Shown piece by piece: positions 20,512 through 30,100 of a stretch of DNA of 64,000 bases. The notes beneath the pieces are model-generated. The model was given only the letters and a program-made list of their open reading frames with translations, did no database searches and was not told where the DNA came from. Origin of the DNA: Lentimicrobiaceae bacterium. GTDB lineage: Bacteria; Bacteroidota; Bacteroidia; Bacteroidales; JAGNHN01. Positions within the stretch are counted from its first letter, which is position 1. Every line of letters begins with the position of its first letter. The translations under genes were made by a program, and so were the position numbers. The DNA lies in the NCBI GenBank assembly GCA_018001695.1, contig JAGNHN010000002.1:31602-95601 (forward strand). The letters run 5' to 3'.

Positions 20512-20519
20512 TACATTTG
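20512..20519 (+). promoter_or_regulatory. Candidate Bacteroidota -7 promoter box (TACATTTG)
   Basis: Matches TAnnTTTG, 23 nt upstream of ATG 20542. No clear -33 TTTG. Confidence 0.35.
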
Positions 20520-20541
20520 CATAGACTTATTCCCCCTGAAA

Positions 20542-21609
20542 ATGGAAAATGGTAAGGATAGCACGACAAAGCAGCCGCTGGGACCCTATCGCCATATCCT
20601 CATACAGTGGAAAAAGTCACTGTTCCTGATCACGGGCATCTCGGCCCTGCTGGCACTTTTCTTCTCCCTACCCTGGTTCATCACACCAAAGTACGAATCA
20701 ACGCTTATCATGCTGCCTGCCTCAACCGCCTCCTTGTCTGAGGCCTTGCTAAGCAGCAATATCTGGTCAGAGAAGGATATCCTGGAATTCGGGGAGCGCC
20801 GGCATGCTGATCAACTTATCCAGGTATTGGAATCCAATCAGGTTCGTGATCACATCATCGAAACCTTTAACCTTTGGGAGCACTACAGAATTGACGAATC
20901 AGCACCTTTCGCCGCAACAAGGCTCAAAAAGGCCTATGATCGCAATATTCACTTCCGCCGAACAGAGTTTCAAGCAGTTGAAGTCAGTGTGCTCGACAAG
21001 GATCCTGTCATGGCAGCTGCCATGGCAACGAAAATGGCTGCCTTACTGGACAGCAGCATACACAGAATGCAGGATGTGAGAGCCAGAAAGGGCGTTGCAA
21101 TTGCTGAAGATGCCTTCCATAAACAAGCCAGCTACATACAATCTTTGGAAGATTCTCTCAGGAAGATCATGGATCAGGGAGTTCACGATTACGAATCCCA
21201 GGCACAGGTGCTGTATGAGCAGCTCAGTTTGCAATTGGCCAGGCAGGATAGCCGGGCAGTGCGTCAGATTGAAGAAAAACTGGACAGGCTGGCTACCCTG
21301 GGTGGACCCTATGTCGCCATCGTGGAAGAATTGCAACTGGAAAAAGAAAGGTTATCTATCCTCAAAGCCAAAGTGGAAAAAGCCAGGATGGATGCAGATC
21401 AGGACCTTCCCCAGAAGTTTATCGTCAGTGATGCCTACGTTGCCGAGCGGAAATCTTATCCAAAACAATGGGCCATCATTGTGGGAGCTGCGCTTTCTAC
21501 TTTTCTGTTCAGCTTCATCCTCATCATTTTCTATCCCAGGGCAACCCGGCTTCACCTGCTGATAAGCCAACAGGTGAAGCAAGGTCAGACCTTAGTTGCA
21601 GGGCGTTGA
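20542..21609 (+). CDS. Wzz/chain-length-determinant-like (PCP family) membrane protein
   Basis: N-terminal TM followed by PKYESTLIMLP. A long coiled-coil-like middle region. C-terminal P-rich segment plus TM (YPKQWAIIVGAALSTFLFSFILIIF). Confidence 0.55.
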   Translation: MENGKDSTTKQPLGPYRHILIQWKKSLFLITGISALLALFFSLPWFITPKYESTLIMLPASTASLSEALLSSNIWSEKDILEFGERRHADQLIQVLESNQVRDHIIETFNLWEHYRIDESAPFAATRLKKAYDRNIHFRRTEFQAVEVSVLDKDPVMAAAMATKMAALLDSSIHRMQDVRARKGVAIAEDAFHKQASYIQSLEDSLRKIMDQGVHDYESQAQVLYEQLSLQLARQDSRAVRQIEEKLDRLATLGGPYVAIVEELQLEKERLSILKAKVEKARMDADQDLPQKFIVSDAYVAERKSYPKQWAIIVGAALSTFLFSFILIIFYPRATRLHLLISQQVKQGQTLVAGR

Positions 21610-24600
21610 TACACAACCATTGCTATCCCTCACCCTTACTTTGTATTCTCCGGCCGGCAAATTGCTGATCGTAAAGGGCGATGCTCCTGAATAGGGATAC
21701 GTCAGGCCATTGTCAATCGAATATGAATACGGCGGCACGCCTCCAGTGACGGTGATCGTGATTGAACCATCTCCGGCATTGAAACAGCTTACATCCTCAA
21801 TTCCTGTAGCAACGTTGAAGGGAGAAAAGACCGTCAACGTTACTGTATCTGAAGCCAGAGCACATCCGCCAGGCCGTTGTACAGTGATCACATAAGTAAA
21901 TATTCCCTGCACCGGGCTGCTGAAGAATGGATTGGCGATGGTTGAATCACTCAGATTGGTGCCAGGGCTCCATGTATAACCGTATCCCGGAATGGCAGGC
22001 CAACCCATAGGCTCGAAGACAGCCGGACAGACCGCACGATTAGGGCCGGCAGCTTCGTAATGCAGGGAGGCCATTGCCACAACCTCCGATGGTTGACAAA
22101 TACAGTTTGTATTATAGGCCAATCCTGTGGACGAAATGACGGCCAGGTACTGACAGGTGTTGAGGCCCGCCGGTACCAGGTGCCCGATCATAATGCTCGT
22201 ATCATCTCCGGAACGCAGATCAGAGAAATTTACGCGACCGATATAAACATCGGTTCCTGCTTCAAAGGCACCACTCTCATTCTCATCCGTAAAGAACACT
22301 ACCCAGGCATCCTGGCCCAGTAACATATCGCTCCCTACGTTACTGATCCTCAGCGATATCTCAACCTGCTCACCCCCTACTCCGCCAGGCCAGCCCCTGA
22401 CAGCAAACTGATCCAGCACAAACGCCGGCTTGCGTAATATCAGGGTAGCTGAAGCGATGCCCGTCTGGGTAAGCGACCCTATACAATAGCCTCCCGGTGC
22501 CGATGGACAAATCACAGTATCAAACACAACCAGGCTTCGCATATCCACTGTATTGGGGCCGCAGGTTCCATCAGCGCTGTAATGTACTTCCATGGAATAG
22601 CGTAAAACGGTGTTTTCAGGTACTCCTACCGGAAGAGATAGTGTAACGACCTCCCTTCCCGCATTTGCTGCTACGCCAACAAACCCGGGACAATACGGGC
22701 TCGTGCTACAACCCAGGCTTCCAGTCACATAGGAAACGCCCAGGGGCAACGTGACCTGTATCAATCCATTACCCGACGTACTATCATTCCTGATCTCAGT
22801 CGTCATCGCCATATGCACGCTTCCGGTGCAGTAAAGGTCATGGTTGATGGTCAAGGTATGCGTAGCCCGGTAATCCACCTCCAAACCTGAGATGGTCAAA
22901 GGGCTCGACAGGGTTAAAACCTGAACCCCATTGGCAGGCTCTCCGCAGGCCCGGTCGGCCTGGGTGTTCACCGCAAAACTGGTCCCTGCCACGAAAGCAC
23001 ATCCGGTGAGCAGCTTAAACCTTACGGCTATTTGCCGGTGGTTCGTGTCGGCTCCGCTCTGAACGCCTGGCAATCCTGTAAGTACCGGATAGTCAGGATG
23101 TGAGGTAAGATCCCCTATAAGTGTATCGCCATTAAATTGATATAGAATAGGTTGCCAGTTTGTGCCATTGGCAGGATAAACCGCCAGTATGCTATCGGGC
23201 ACGAGCGACAAGCCAGGTGTGAAGATAATCCGGAACTGATTATTCGTGGTATTTCCAGCCTGGGTGCAATTGACATTATATTGATACGAAAGCGTATCGC
23301 ATAACTCAGCAGGTAAGGTTGGTTCCGCCTTGGATATCACTTCCACACCCGCTTCGACAGGTGTGAAATGACAGAAAACCTCTGTTGTGGCACAGGGATA
23401 GGTGCCGGGCTCCGTAGGCCATTCGCTGCAATTCCAACCGGCAATGACATGCAGACTATCGGACTGGCAACTGTTGTAGGTGAAATTAATATCGTAATCT
23501 GCAAAGGTACCGGAGCTCAAACCGGCAGCACTGATCTGATACCATCTTCCTCCAGCATAATTGGTTGGCAATAGGGTATCCGGTGGTCCGGACACGGATA
23601 CGACACTCGTGATGGTGATACCTGGTTTTTCAGGTATGGCCAGCCAGGTATAAGGCGCCGTCTGTGAAGAAACATTGGACATCCGGACCTTCCACTTATG
23701 GGTTGGCTGAAAGGCCTGAATAGGACCGGTTTCGTTGGTGAGGGTGATACCGGGCTTCGCATTTGAACCTGCCTGGATTAACCAATCCACGTTTTGTATA
23801 ACCGGAGGTGTAATGGAGGTATCCGGGGGAATGTTACCCAATGGGACTGCATGATTCCAGTAATTGGATTTTGCAAACATTCTACCTCTGATATATTGAT
23901 TCATTGGGTATAGGCCATTGCAGGTCGGACTAATGTAGTACCTGAAGGTGGACCAAAAGGAGTTATTGTCTGAGTACTTTGTCAATGGCCATGAGCCGTC
24001 GTTAACGAATACGGCACTATTATTGTCAAAGTATGCCGGTACAATAAGCTTCTTAACACTATACTGTGTTGCAATCCCACTCCCGATTCTCATGGCACTG
24101 TCAAGCACAAAACCAGCTGGAATAACCACCTTGATAGAGTCAATATAATGCCCTGGTCTGAATTCACCAGGAAAGGAGATGATACCTGTATTGCCAAACT
24201 GACCTAATGTGTAGTTATCGGCCACAGATAAGGGGTAGGAGGCGCAACCTAAAAATTCTGTAACCTGGGTACTCGATGGATGCATATTAACACCCAATCT
24301 GGCAAGATAGAATTCAGGGATATAGGCTCCTCCGCAATAGGTTTCATCGCCGGCATCCAGATTATAAAAATAATGTGATACACCGTTTACCTCCCAGACA
24401 TCAGCCATATCCGTTGAATCCCTGATCACTGCATACCGAGATACTACGTGAACACTATCCAGATCCTGATAATCAATTGGTAAAGAATCTGTTATATTCA
24501 AAACAAATCGTGTAAATGCAGAATCAGGATGCGCAATTACCGCAAAAGAAGTCATGCGGCATGAATCAATCATGGTACCTCCTCTGAAGAACCGGACATC

Positions 24601-26718
24601 TGCATTCACAGGCGCCAGCCGGTTCCTTGCATATCCGGCAGGCGTTTTCAATGCAGAAAACTGCAGATACAGATTGTTGTAATTCCCGGTTTGGACCATA
24701 GTGGATACCATCTGGAGGCTGTCACCATACCAGGCTCGTTTCAACTGTATGGGCGTCAGCGTGTTCGGATTAACGCGGGTTGTAGCAGTTGAATCGGTGA
24801 ATCCGAGTGATCCATCTGTACGTCTCAGCACAGGGAGAAAGTTTGCAGGGCCATCCAGGCATATTCCTCCCGAACAAATGATATTCAACTTGTAGGTTGC
24901 GCAACGGATTGTATTGAAACAGCCACATCCCGTGGTGCCGTTTTGTAGATAGTCCAGAAATACCGGCAACTCTTCACGATAGCCTGACGAACCTGGCGGA
25001 CAGACATAGTGGGCAAAAATGCGCAATGGATAAAGTGTCGCATCATTAGAAGTTACAAACAGGGTATCATTGATAACAACAGGCACCATTCCGGTTGCAC
25101 CGAAAAACACACTGTCTACCACCATATCAGCCGGGATCACAACCCGGTATCGAAATCTCTGCGCTGAATTATGGAACAAGGAGGTGGAACTATAAACTGA
25201 AGAATTTTGTATTCTTATTTCAAATGGCTCATTATCAATTACATTTACAGGAGGATAGACAGTAATGGCATCGACAGTCATCCCCATCTCAATCGGAGGA
25301 GATACACGCAGTGCAGCCATCGTCAGCGGGCTGCCGCACATTGAATTACAGAGAATCCTTGTATTAAAATTGCGTATGAAATTCCCGGTACAGTATAGTC
25401 CGCATTTCCAACGGACAAATATTCTGAATTTGACACTATCAGTACCGCGAAGGTCATCATAACGTCCATCCATATCCAGGTCATCCAATCCGCCAAGTCC
25501 ATCAGGATCAGCCGTAATCTGATTCAGATCAATATTGACGATTTTCCAATAAGTTACGATAGGATTGGTGACCAGGGACCAGGCTACCTTTTGACTACCT
25601 ATCAAAATACTATCAATGGTGATGCGGGATGTGTCAATGTGCCCTACTGATGATGGCAAATCGCCAAAAGCAAACTGGATGACTGCATTGAACATGGCAG
25701 CGGCGACAGGACCTCCGGTGCCGCCATTGTGTGCAGTAATAACAAATGACCATGGCGTGCAGGCATCCACAAAATTCAAAGTGGTTTGTGTCAATGCCGT
25801 CAACGCCGGTGTCCCTACGGCCATCGTAATACTTCCGGTTCCAGGAACAGTACTGCACCAGCCGGATGGCGCTGCGCTGCACCCCCACCCTGCCCTGTAT
25901 GTCGTGACGGTATTGCACGCCCTGATTGTTATGTACTCAGTCAGTATAATACTCTCGCCATTGCATAAAACACCATCCGACGTCAGTGTATCCGCTCCGG
26001 CAATGCGGAAGAACAAAGTATCGTCAATAACATCATAAGCGTACAACCTTTTACCGTTCAGTCTGAGGGAATCAAGCTCGATGCCTCCACCCGGATATAC
26101 GATGTAAAGACCAAGCTTATCGGCACAACCCTGGGCCCCGTTGGTGACGGAAAAACTACGTTGATAACTACCACCAATGACCACATCATTCAAGGCCAAT
26201 GGCTGAATGAAAGAAATGATGGGATACCCGACGTTGTATGCATTCACCGTCACATTGCTATCCACAACTGAGCCAGATGAACCACTGACCCGAACAATAT
26301 CTTTGAACACGCCTCCTGTGTTCGCATGAACATAGGCATCGCAGTCTGCCTGTCTTTCAATGGTGAATTCTACAAAATCATTGGTCTGCAGATTAGTGGT
26401 ATTGAATGCAAAACGAGGAACACCCAGGGTACCGCCTGCTTCCTTCATGCTAAGCCCGATCCTGTTGCTGTCTAGGGTCACAATAGACCCAGGCACATAG
26501 CTGATCCCTGGTGGCAAGGTTATCGTCACGGTATCAAAAGCAGTATTCAGCGTCACCTCAATCCGGACATGCAGCAGGGCTGTGTCCCGGCATATTGTCA
26601 TTCCTTCAGCAGCGGCAGGATAACTTATAATATATTGACTATGAATACTCTGCGTCGTAAAAAGCATTCCCAGACTGAGCAGAACCTTGCTGAATGTAAC
26701 CAATCTATTTCGCTTCAT
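21592..26718 (-). CDS. 1,708-aa secreted surface protein ending in a single SprB repeat, with no recognisable T9SS CTD
   Basis: Signal peptide MKRNRLVTFSKVLLSLGMLFTTQSIHSQ. CARDB-like segment (LRISNVGSDML..). One Ig module of the YxWxP..NLSD type. C-terminal DVSCFNAGDGSITITVTGGVPPYSYSI..LPAGEYKVRVRDSNGC is a SprB repeat. ATG at 26718. Confidence 0.8.
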   Translation of the reverse strand: MKRNRLVTFSKVLLSLGMLFTTQSIHSQYIISYPAAAEGMTICRDTALLHVRIEVTLNTAFDTVTITLPPGISYVPGSIVTLDSNRIGLSMKEAGGTLGVPRFAFNTTNLQTNDFVEFTIERQADCDAYVHANTGGVFKDIVRVSGSSGSVVDSNVTVNAYNVGYPIISFIQPLALNDVVIGGSYQRSFSVTNGAQGCADKLGLYIVYPGGGIELDSLRLNGKRLYAYDVIDDTLFFRIAGADTLTSDGVLCNGESIILTEYITIRACNTVTTYRAGWGCSAAPSGWCSTVPGTGSITMAVGTPALTALTQTTLNFVDACTPWSFVITAHNGGTGGPVAAAMFNAVIQFAFGDLPSSVGHIDTSRITIDSILIGSQKVAWSLVTNPIVTYWKIVNIDLNQITADPDGLGGLDDLDMDGRYDDLRGTDSVKFRIFVRWKCGLYCTGNFIRNFNTRILCNSMCGSPLTMAALRVSPPIEMGMTVDAITVYPPVNVIDNEPFEIRIQNSSVYSSTSLFHNSAQRFRYRVVIPADMVVDSVFFGATGMVPVVINDTLFVTSNDATLYPLRIFAHYVCPPGSSGYREELPVFLDYLQNGTTGCGCFNTIRCATYKLNIICSGGICLDGPANFLPVLRRTDGSLGFTDSTATTRVNPNTLTPIQLKRAWYGDSLQMVSTMVQTGNYNNLYLQFSALKTPAGYARNRLAPVNADVRFFRGGTMIDSCRMTSFAVIAHPDSAFTRFVLNITDSLPIDYQDLDSVHVVSRYAVIRDSTDMADVWEVNGVSHYFYNLDAGDETYCGGAYIPEFYLARLGVNMHPSSTQVTEFLGCASYPLSVADNYTLGQFGNTGIISFPGEFRPGHYIDSIKVVIPAGFVLDSAMRIGSGIATQYSVKKLIVPAYFDNNSAVFVNDGSWPLTKYSDNNSFWSTFRYYISPTCNGLYPMNQYIRGRMFAKSNYWNHAVPLGNIPPDTSITPPVIQNVDWLIQAGSNAKPGITLTNETGPIQAFQPTHKWKVRMSNVSSQTAPYTWLAIPEKPGITITSVVSVSGPPDTLLPTNYAGGRWYQISAAGLSSGTFADYDINFTYNSCQSDSLHVIAGWNCSEWPTEPGTYPCATTEVFCHFTPVEAGVEVISKAEPTLPAELCDTLSYQYNVNCTQAGNTTNNQFRIIFTPGLSLVPDSILAVYPANGTNWQPILYQFNGDTLIGDLTSHPDYPVLTGLPGVQSGADTNHRQIAVRFKLLTGCAFVAGTSFAVNTQADRACGEPANGVQVLTLSSPLTISGLEVDYRATHTLTINHDLYCTGSVHMAMTTEIRNDSTSGNGLIQVTLPLGVSYVTGSLGCSTSPYCPGFVGVAANAGREVVTLSLPVGVPENTVLRYSMEVHYSADGTCGPNTVDMRSLVVFDTVICPSAPGGYCIGSLTQTGIASATLILRKPAFVLDQFAVRGWPGGVGGEQVEISLRISNVGSDMLLGQDAWVVFFTDENESGAFEAGTDVYIGRVNFSDLRSGDDTSIMIGHLVPAGLNTCQYLAVISSTGLAYNTNCICQPSEVVAMASLHYEAAGPNRAVCPAVFEPMGWPAIPGYGYTWSPGTNLSDSTIANPFFSSPVQGIFTYVITVQRPGGCALASDTVTLTVFSPFNVATGIEDVSCFNAGDGSITITVTGGVPPYSYSIDNGLTYPYSGASPFTISNLPAGEYKVRVRDSNGCVSTPCN

Positions 26719-27076
26719 ATGTGGCAGATTTAGGGAGAAGATCCGTCGGTTAATTTAGCAATATCCATGTAAGTAACCTAGTACTTTAATAATATTTTCT
26801 GGGAAGTTAGAAAATTGATCCGCATTGATATATCGAAAGCATACATACGAGAATTACGTCAAGGAGATATTACTTGACCATAGTCGGATTTATATGTAGA
26901 GAATGCCCGGTATGTTGGCTTATCTTGCGAGCCGGCATAGTCTTGAAAACCATATACCTTTCTCCATAAGCAAGATATTACTTACTCGTCAGGTAATTTT
27001 TATCGGATATTTTTTACTTACGGAATATTAAATATTCTTCCAGCAATATCAGTATACCATCGAAATTCGACAAGGA

Positions 27077-27102
27077 TAAGGGTGAGCAGCAGCTCACCCT
27101 TA
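27077..27102 (-). terminator. Hairpin immediately downstream of the 3,696-aa gene (possible terminator)
   Basis: taagggtgagc-agca-gctcaccctta gives an 11-bp perfect stem 11 nt past the stop. The U-tract is weak on the minus strand and stronger on the plus strand. Confidence 0.4.
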
Positions 27103-27112
27103 TGATGTTTTT

Positions 27113-30100
27113 CTACTCAATATGCACAACCTTTCTCATCAGGTCGGCTCCGCTATCGTGCTGCAACTGCACATAATACGTTCCAGCCGGCAAGCGGCTG
27201 AAATCCACCTCCCAGGTATGCTCTCCGGCCGGGCGCATGCTTTCGCTGATAACCTCCAGCTCTCGTTGGGTGATGTCCCGCAGTGTGATCTTTACCTGAC
27301 CACCCAGCGGCTGGTAATACCTCAGCTTCAGCACATCCTCCACCGGGTTGGGCCATACCTCCAGCTCAGCAGCACCTGTGGCAGTGACTGCCTCCGGATG
27401 GTACATCTTCACCATCCCGTAACGCACACCACTGCCGTTGGCCAGCTCACTGCCAGGACCGGCTTCTAAAGTCATTGAACCTGCATTTTCCCAGGCGCCC
27501 GGTTTCAACTTCAACCTGAAGGCTTCTTCGCCCGCCGGCAACGGCTGCCCCGTGGCATCATACCACGCCAGGCGCAGCTCATCGCCCGTTTTCGTCCATA
27601 CCACCTCACCGCCCAGGGCACCTCCCGGAAGAACCTCTTCCACTTCCTTCACCATCGATCCCCGCAGTACCAGCGACACAGCTCCCAGTTCAACCCGCTC
27701 TTCGACATACAGCGGCAAGCCCTCCTGCTCCAGTCGCAGGCGGTCCATGCTACCCTGTACGCGGATGCCTGCATGCGACTGATGTTTCGGAACGGGGGCA
27801 TAGCTCCCGTTCACGTCTCCGTAGCATAAGCCCAGCAAATCCTGCAGCAGGGCCTCACCATTCAACGTAATCGTCAGCGAATGAACCTCAAACACCCACT
27901 CCCCGGCCGGGAACGTGGACTGCATCCCAACAAAGCGCTGCGCGATCAGCAAGGCATCCGAGGCGTTCAGGAAACCACTCTGGTTCACATCGCCTGCCTC
28001 AGCTGAGATCGGCATTAAGATACTCTGCTGCGTGAAGTGCTGCATCACCAGCATCGCATCCGTGGCATTGTAGCCCCCGGTGATGTCGCCATGATGCAAC
28101 AACAGGTAATACTGGCCTGCCGGTATATCGGTAATGCTATATAGCCCTGTCTGATCGCTCACCGTGCTGTCCAGTACCTGCATGCTCGCATCTACCAGCA
28201 TGACCTTCACCCCGCCCAGGCCCATCGCCGGTTTTGCGCTGCTGGCATACTGTACCAACCCGCTCACACTCCCGGTCTTGGGCGGCAACACCGTCACCGT
28301 TGCCGTTCCTGTTCCCAGGTCGCCGCAACCATGCCCGTCGTAAACATACTCAACATGATAGGTCGTCGTGGTCATCGGGCTCACCAGTGTATCCCAGGTA
28401 TTGGTCATGATGCCCTCACGCATCGTATAGTGCGTCCCGTCCGTAAACCGGATACGGTAAGGCGGTGTACCTGTAAAGGCCACGCTCACCACTGCTGACT
28501 GCCCCTGGATGATCGTCGTGCTGCCACTCACCACCGCCGAAGGCAGGGGGTAGAACTGCACCGTCGCCGTGCCGCTCATCAGCTGCGTGGCTCCCGTGAT
28601 AGGATTGGTCGCACGAACTGTGTAGGTACCTGTGTAGACAAGCTTGTCCCACACCAGGATGCCGCCTGTGCCCTGCAGGATCCGGCCCGTGGGGTTGCCG
28701 TTGCGCAGCAACTCATACACAATGCCCACTTCCGAGCAGCTCAGTTCTATCTCCAGATCATAGCAACCCAGGCAGCAGATGCCGCCTCCCGAGAGCGTAC
28801 AGCTTGCCGGGGCCGGGTTCATCTGCACCAGCACACTCGCTGTCATCGGCGCGGTGCAGCCTTCCACCAGGTCGGTGCCCACCACCGTGTAGTAGCCTTC
28901 CAGCTGCTGGTATCCGAATGAGAGGGGTTGCCCTGTGCCCACAACCGGCACCCCTGTCGGGTTACCATTGTGATACAACTGGTAGCTCACGCCCATCTGG
29001 GAGCCGCTCAACCCCACCACTACGCCTGGTCCACCCTGGTTGTAGATGCCGCCTCCGGTCACCACAAACGACTGGGGTGCCAGCACCTGGATCAGGGCTG
29101 TGCCTGTGCCCGCCACCTTCAAGGTGGTGGCATCCTGTACCCACACCAGGCTGTAGGTCGTGGTGTGCAGCGGGCTCACCCAGCGCGTCCACAGGTTGCC
29201 CGTGATGCCGCTGTACATCGTCGTGGTGATCCCGTTGCTTACCCAGATCGTAAAGGGGGCCTCGCCCGTGAGGTAGACTGCCAGCATCGCCGAGGTACCC
29301 ACACAGATGATATCGCTGCCCACCAATTGTCCTGCCGGAGGTATGCGGTAGGTCACTGTCACCCGCGCCGTATCCCTGAGTCCAAATTCGTTGCACACGC
29401 TGTAATAGAACGTATCATTCACGTTCAGGCTCGTTACGTTGGGAACGTAGGTGATCACGCCCGTTTGCAGGTTCACCGTCGCCGTGCCCTGGGAGGGTGG
29501 TGTAACTACTGCCACGCAGCTTTCCACCAATAGATCCTGGCAGTCAAAGTCATTGTTCAGAACCGGGATCAGCACCGTGCTGCCTGTTGGAACGATCGTG
29601 TCGTCGTTATAAGCCATGGGATAATTGCGCACCGTGATCGTCTGCAGGCAAGCGGATGGGTTACCACAGTAATCCGAGGCGGCCCACCATACATGGGTCG
29701 TGCCGGCCGGGTAGATTCCGGAAGCATTGCTGGTCTGGGTATAGGTATTGACGTAATCGAATAATGTACATTCATCTGTCACAACCGGCTCACCAAGTGA
29801 GATATAAGCTTCGCAGACGCCATAGGCTGCCGTCACCGTCGTATCCGGCGGGCAGGTGATCTGGGGTGGTGTGGTATCCTGAACGACAATCGTTTGCACA
29901 CATTCGCTGAAGTTTCCACAGTCGTCCGTGGCGCGCCATATGCGATGGATGGTCCAGCTATGGCCGCATATGGGAATAAGCTGGTCACTATGTGTGATCA
30001 TCAGGCCGGAACATTCATCCGTGGCTGTTGCTTGTCCGTTGGCTTGAACAGACGTATCGGCCGGGCAATCCAGCACGGCATCGGGTGGACAAGTGATAAG

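Noticed and set aside
20542-21609. The Wzz-like gene as a marker of a capsule or O-antigen locus.
   Set aside because: No glycosyltransferase, flippase, polymerase, Wza or kinase genes are adjacent.
27122-29775. Multiple 100-200 aa alternative-frame ORFs (for example 28928-29533 +, 28962-29396 -, 28804-29205 +).
   Set aside because: Their Pro/Arg/Gly/Ala-rich translations are typical of off-frame reading in GC-rich DNA. They overlap the well-supported C-terminal domains (dockerin-like segment, type A CTD) of the 3,696-aa gene.
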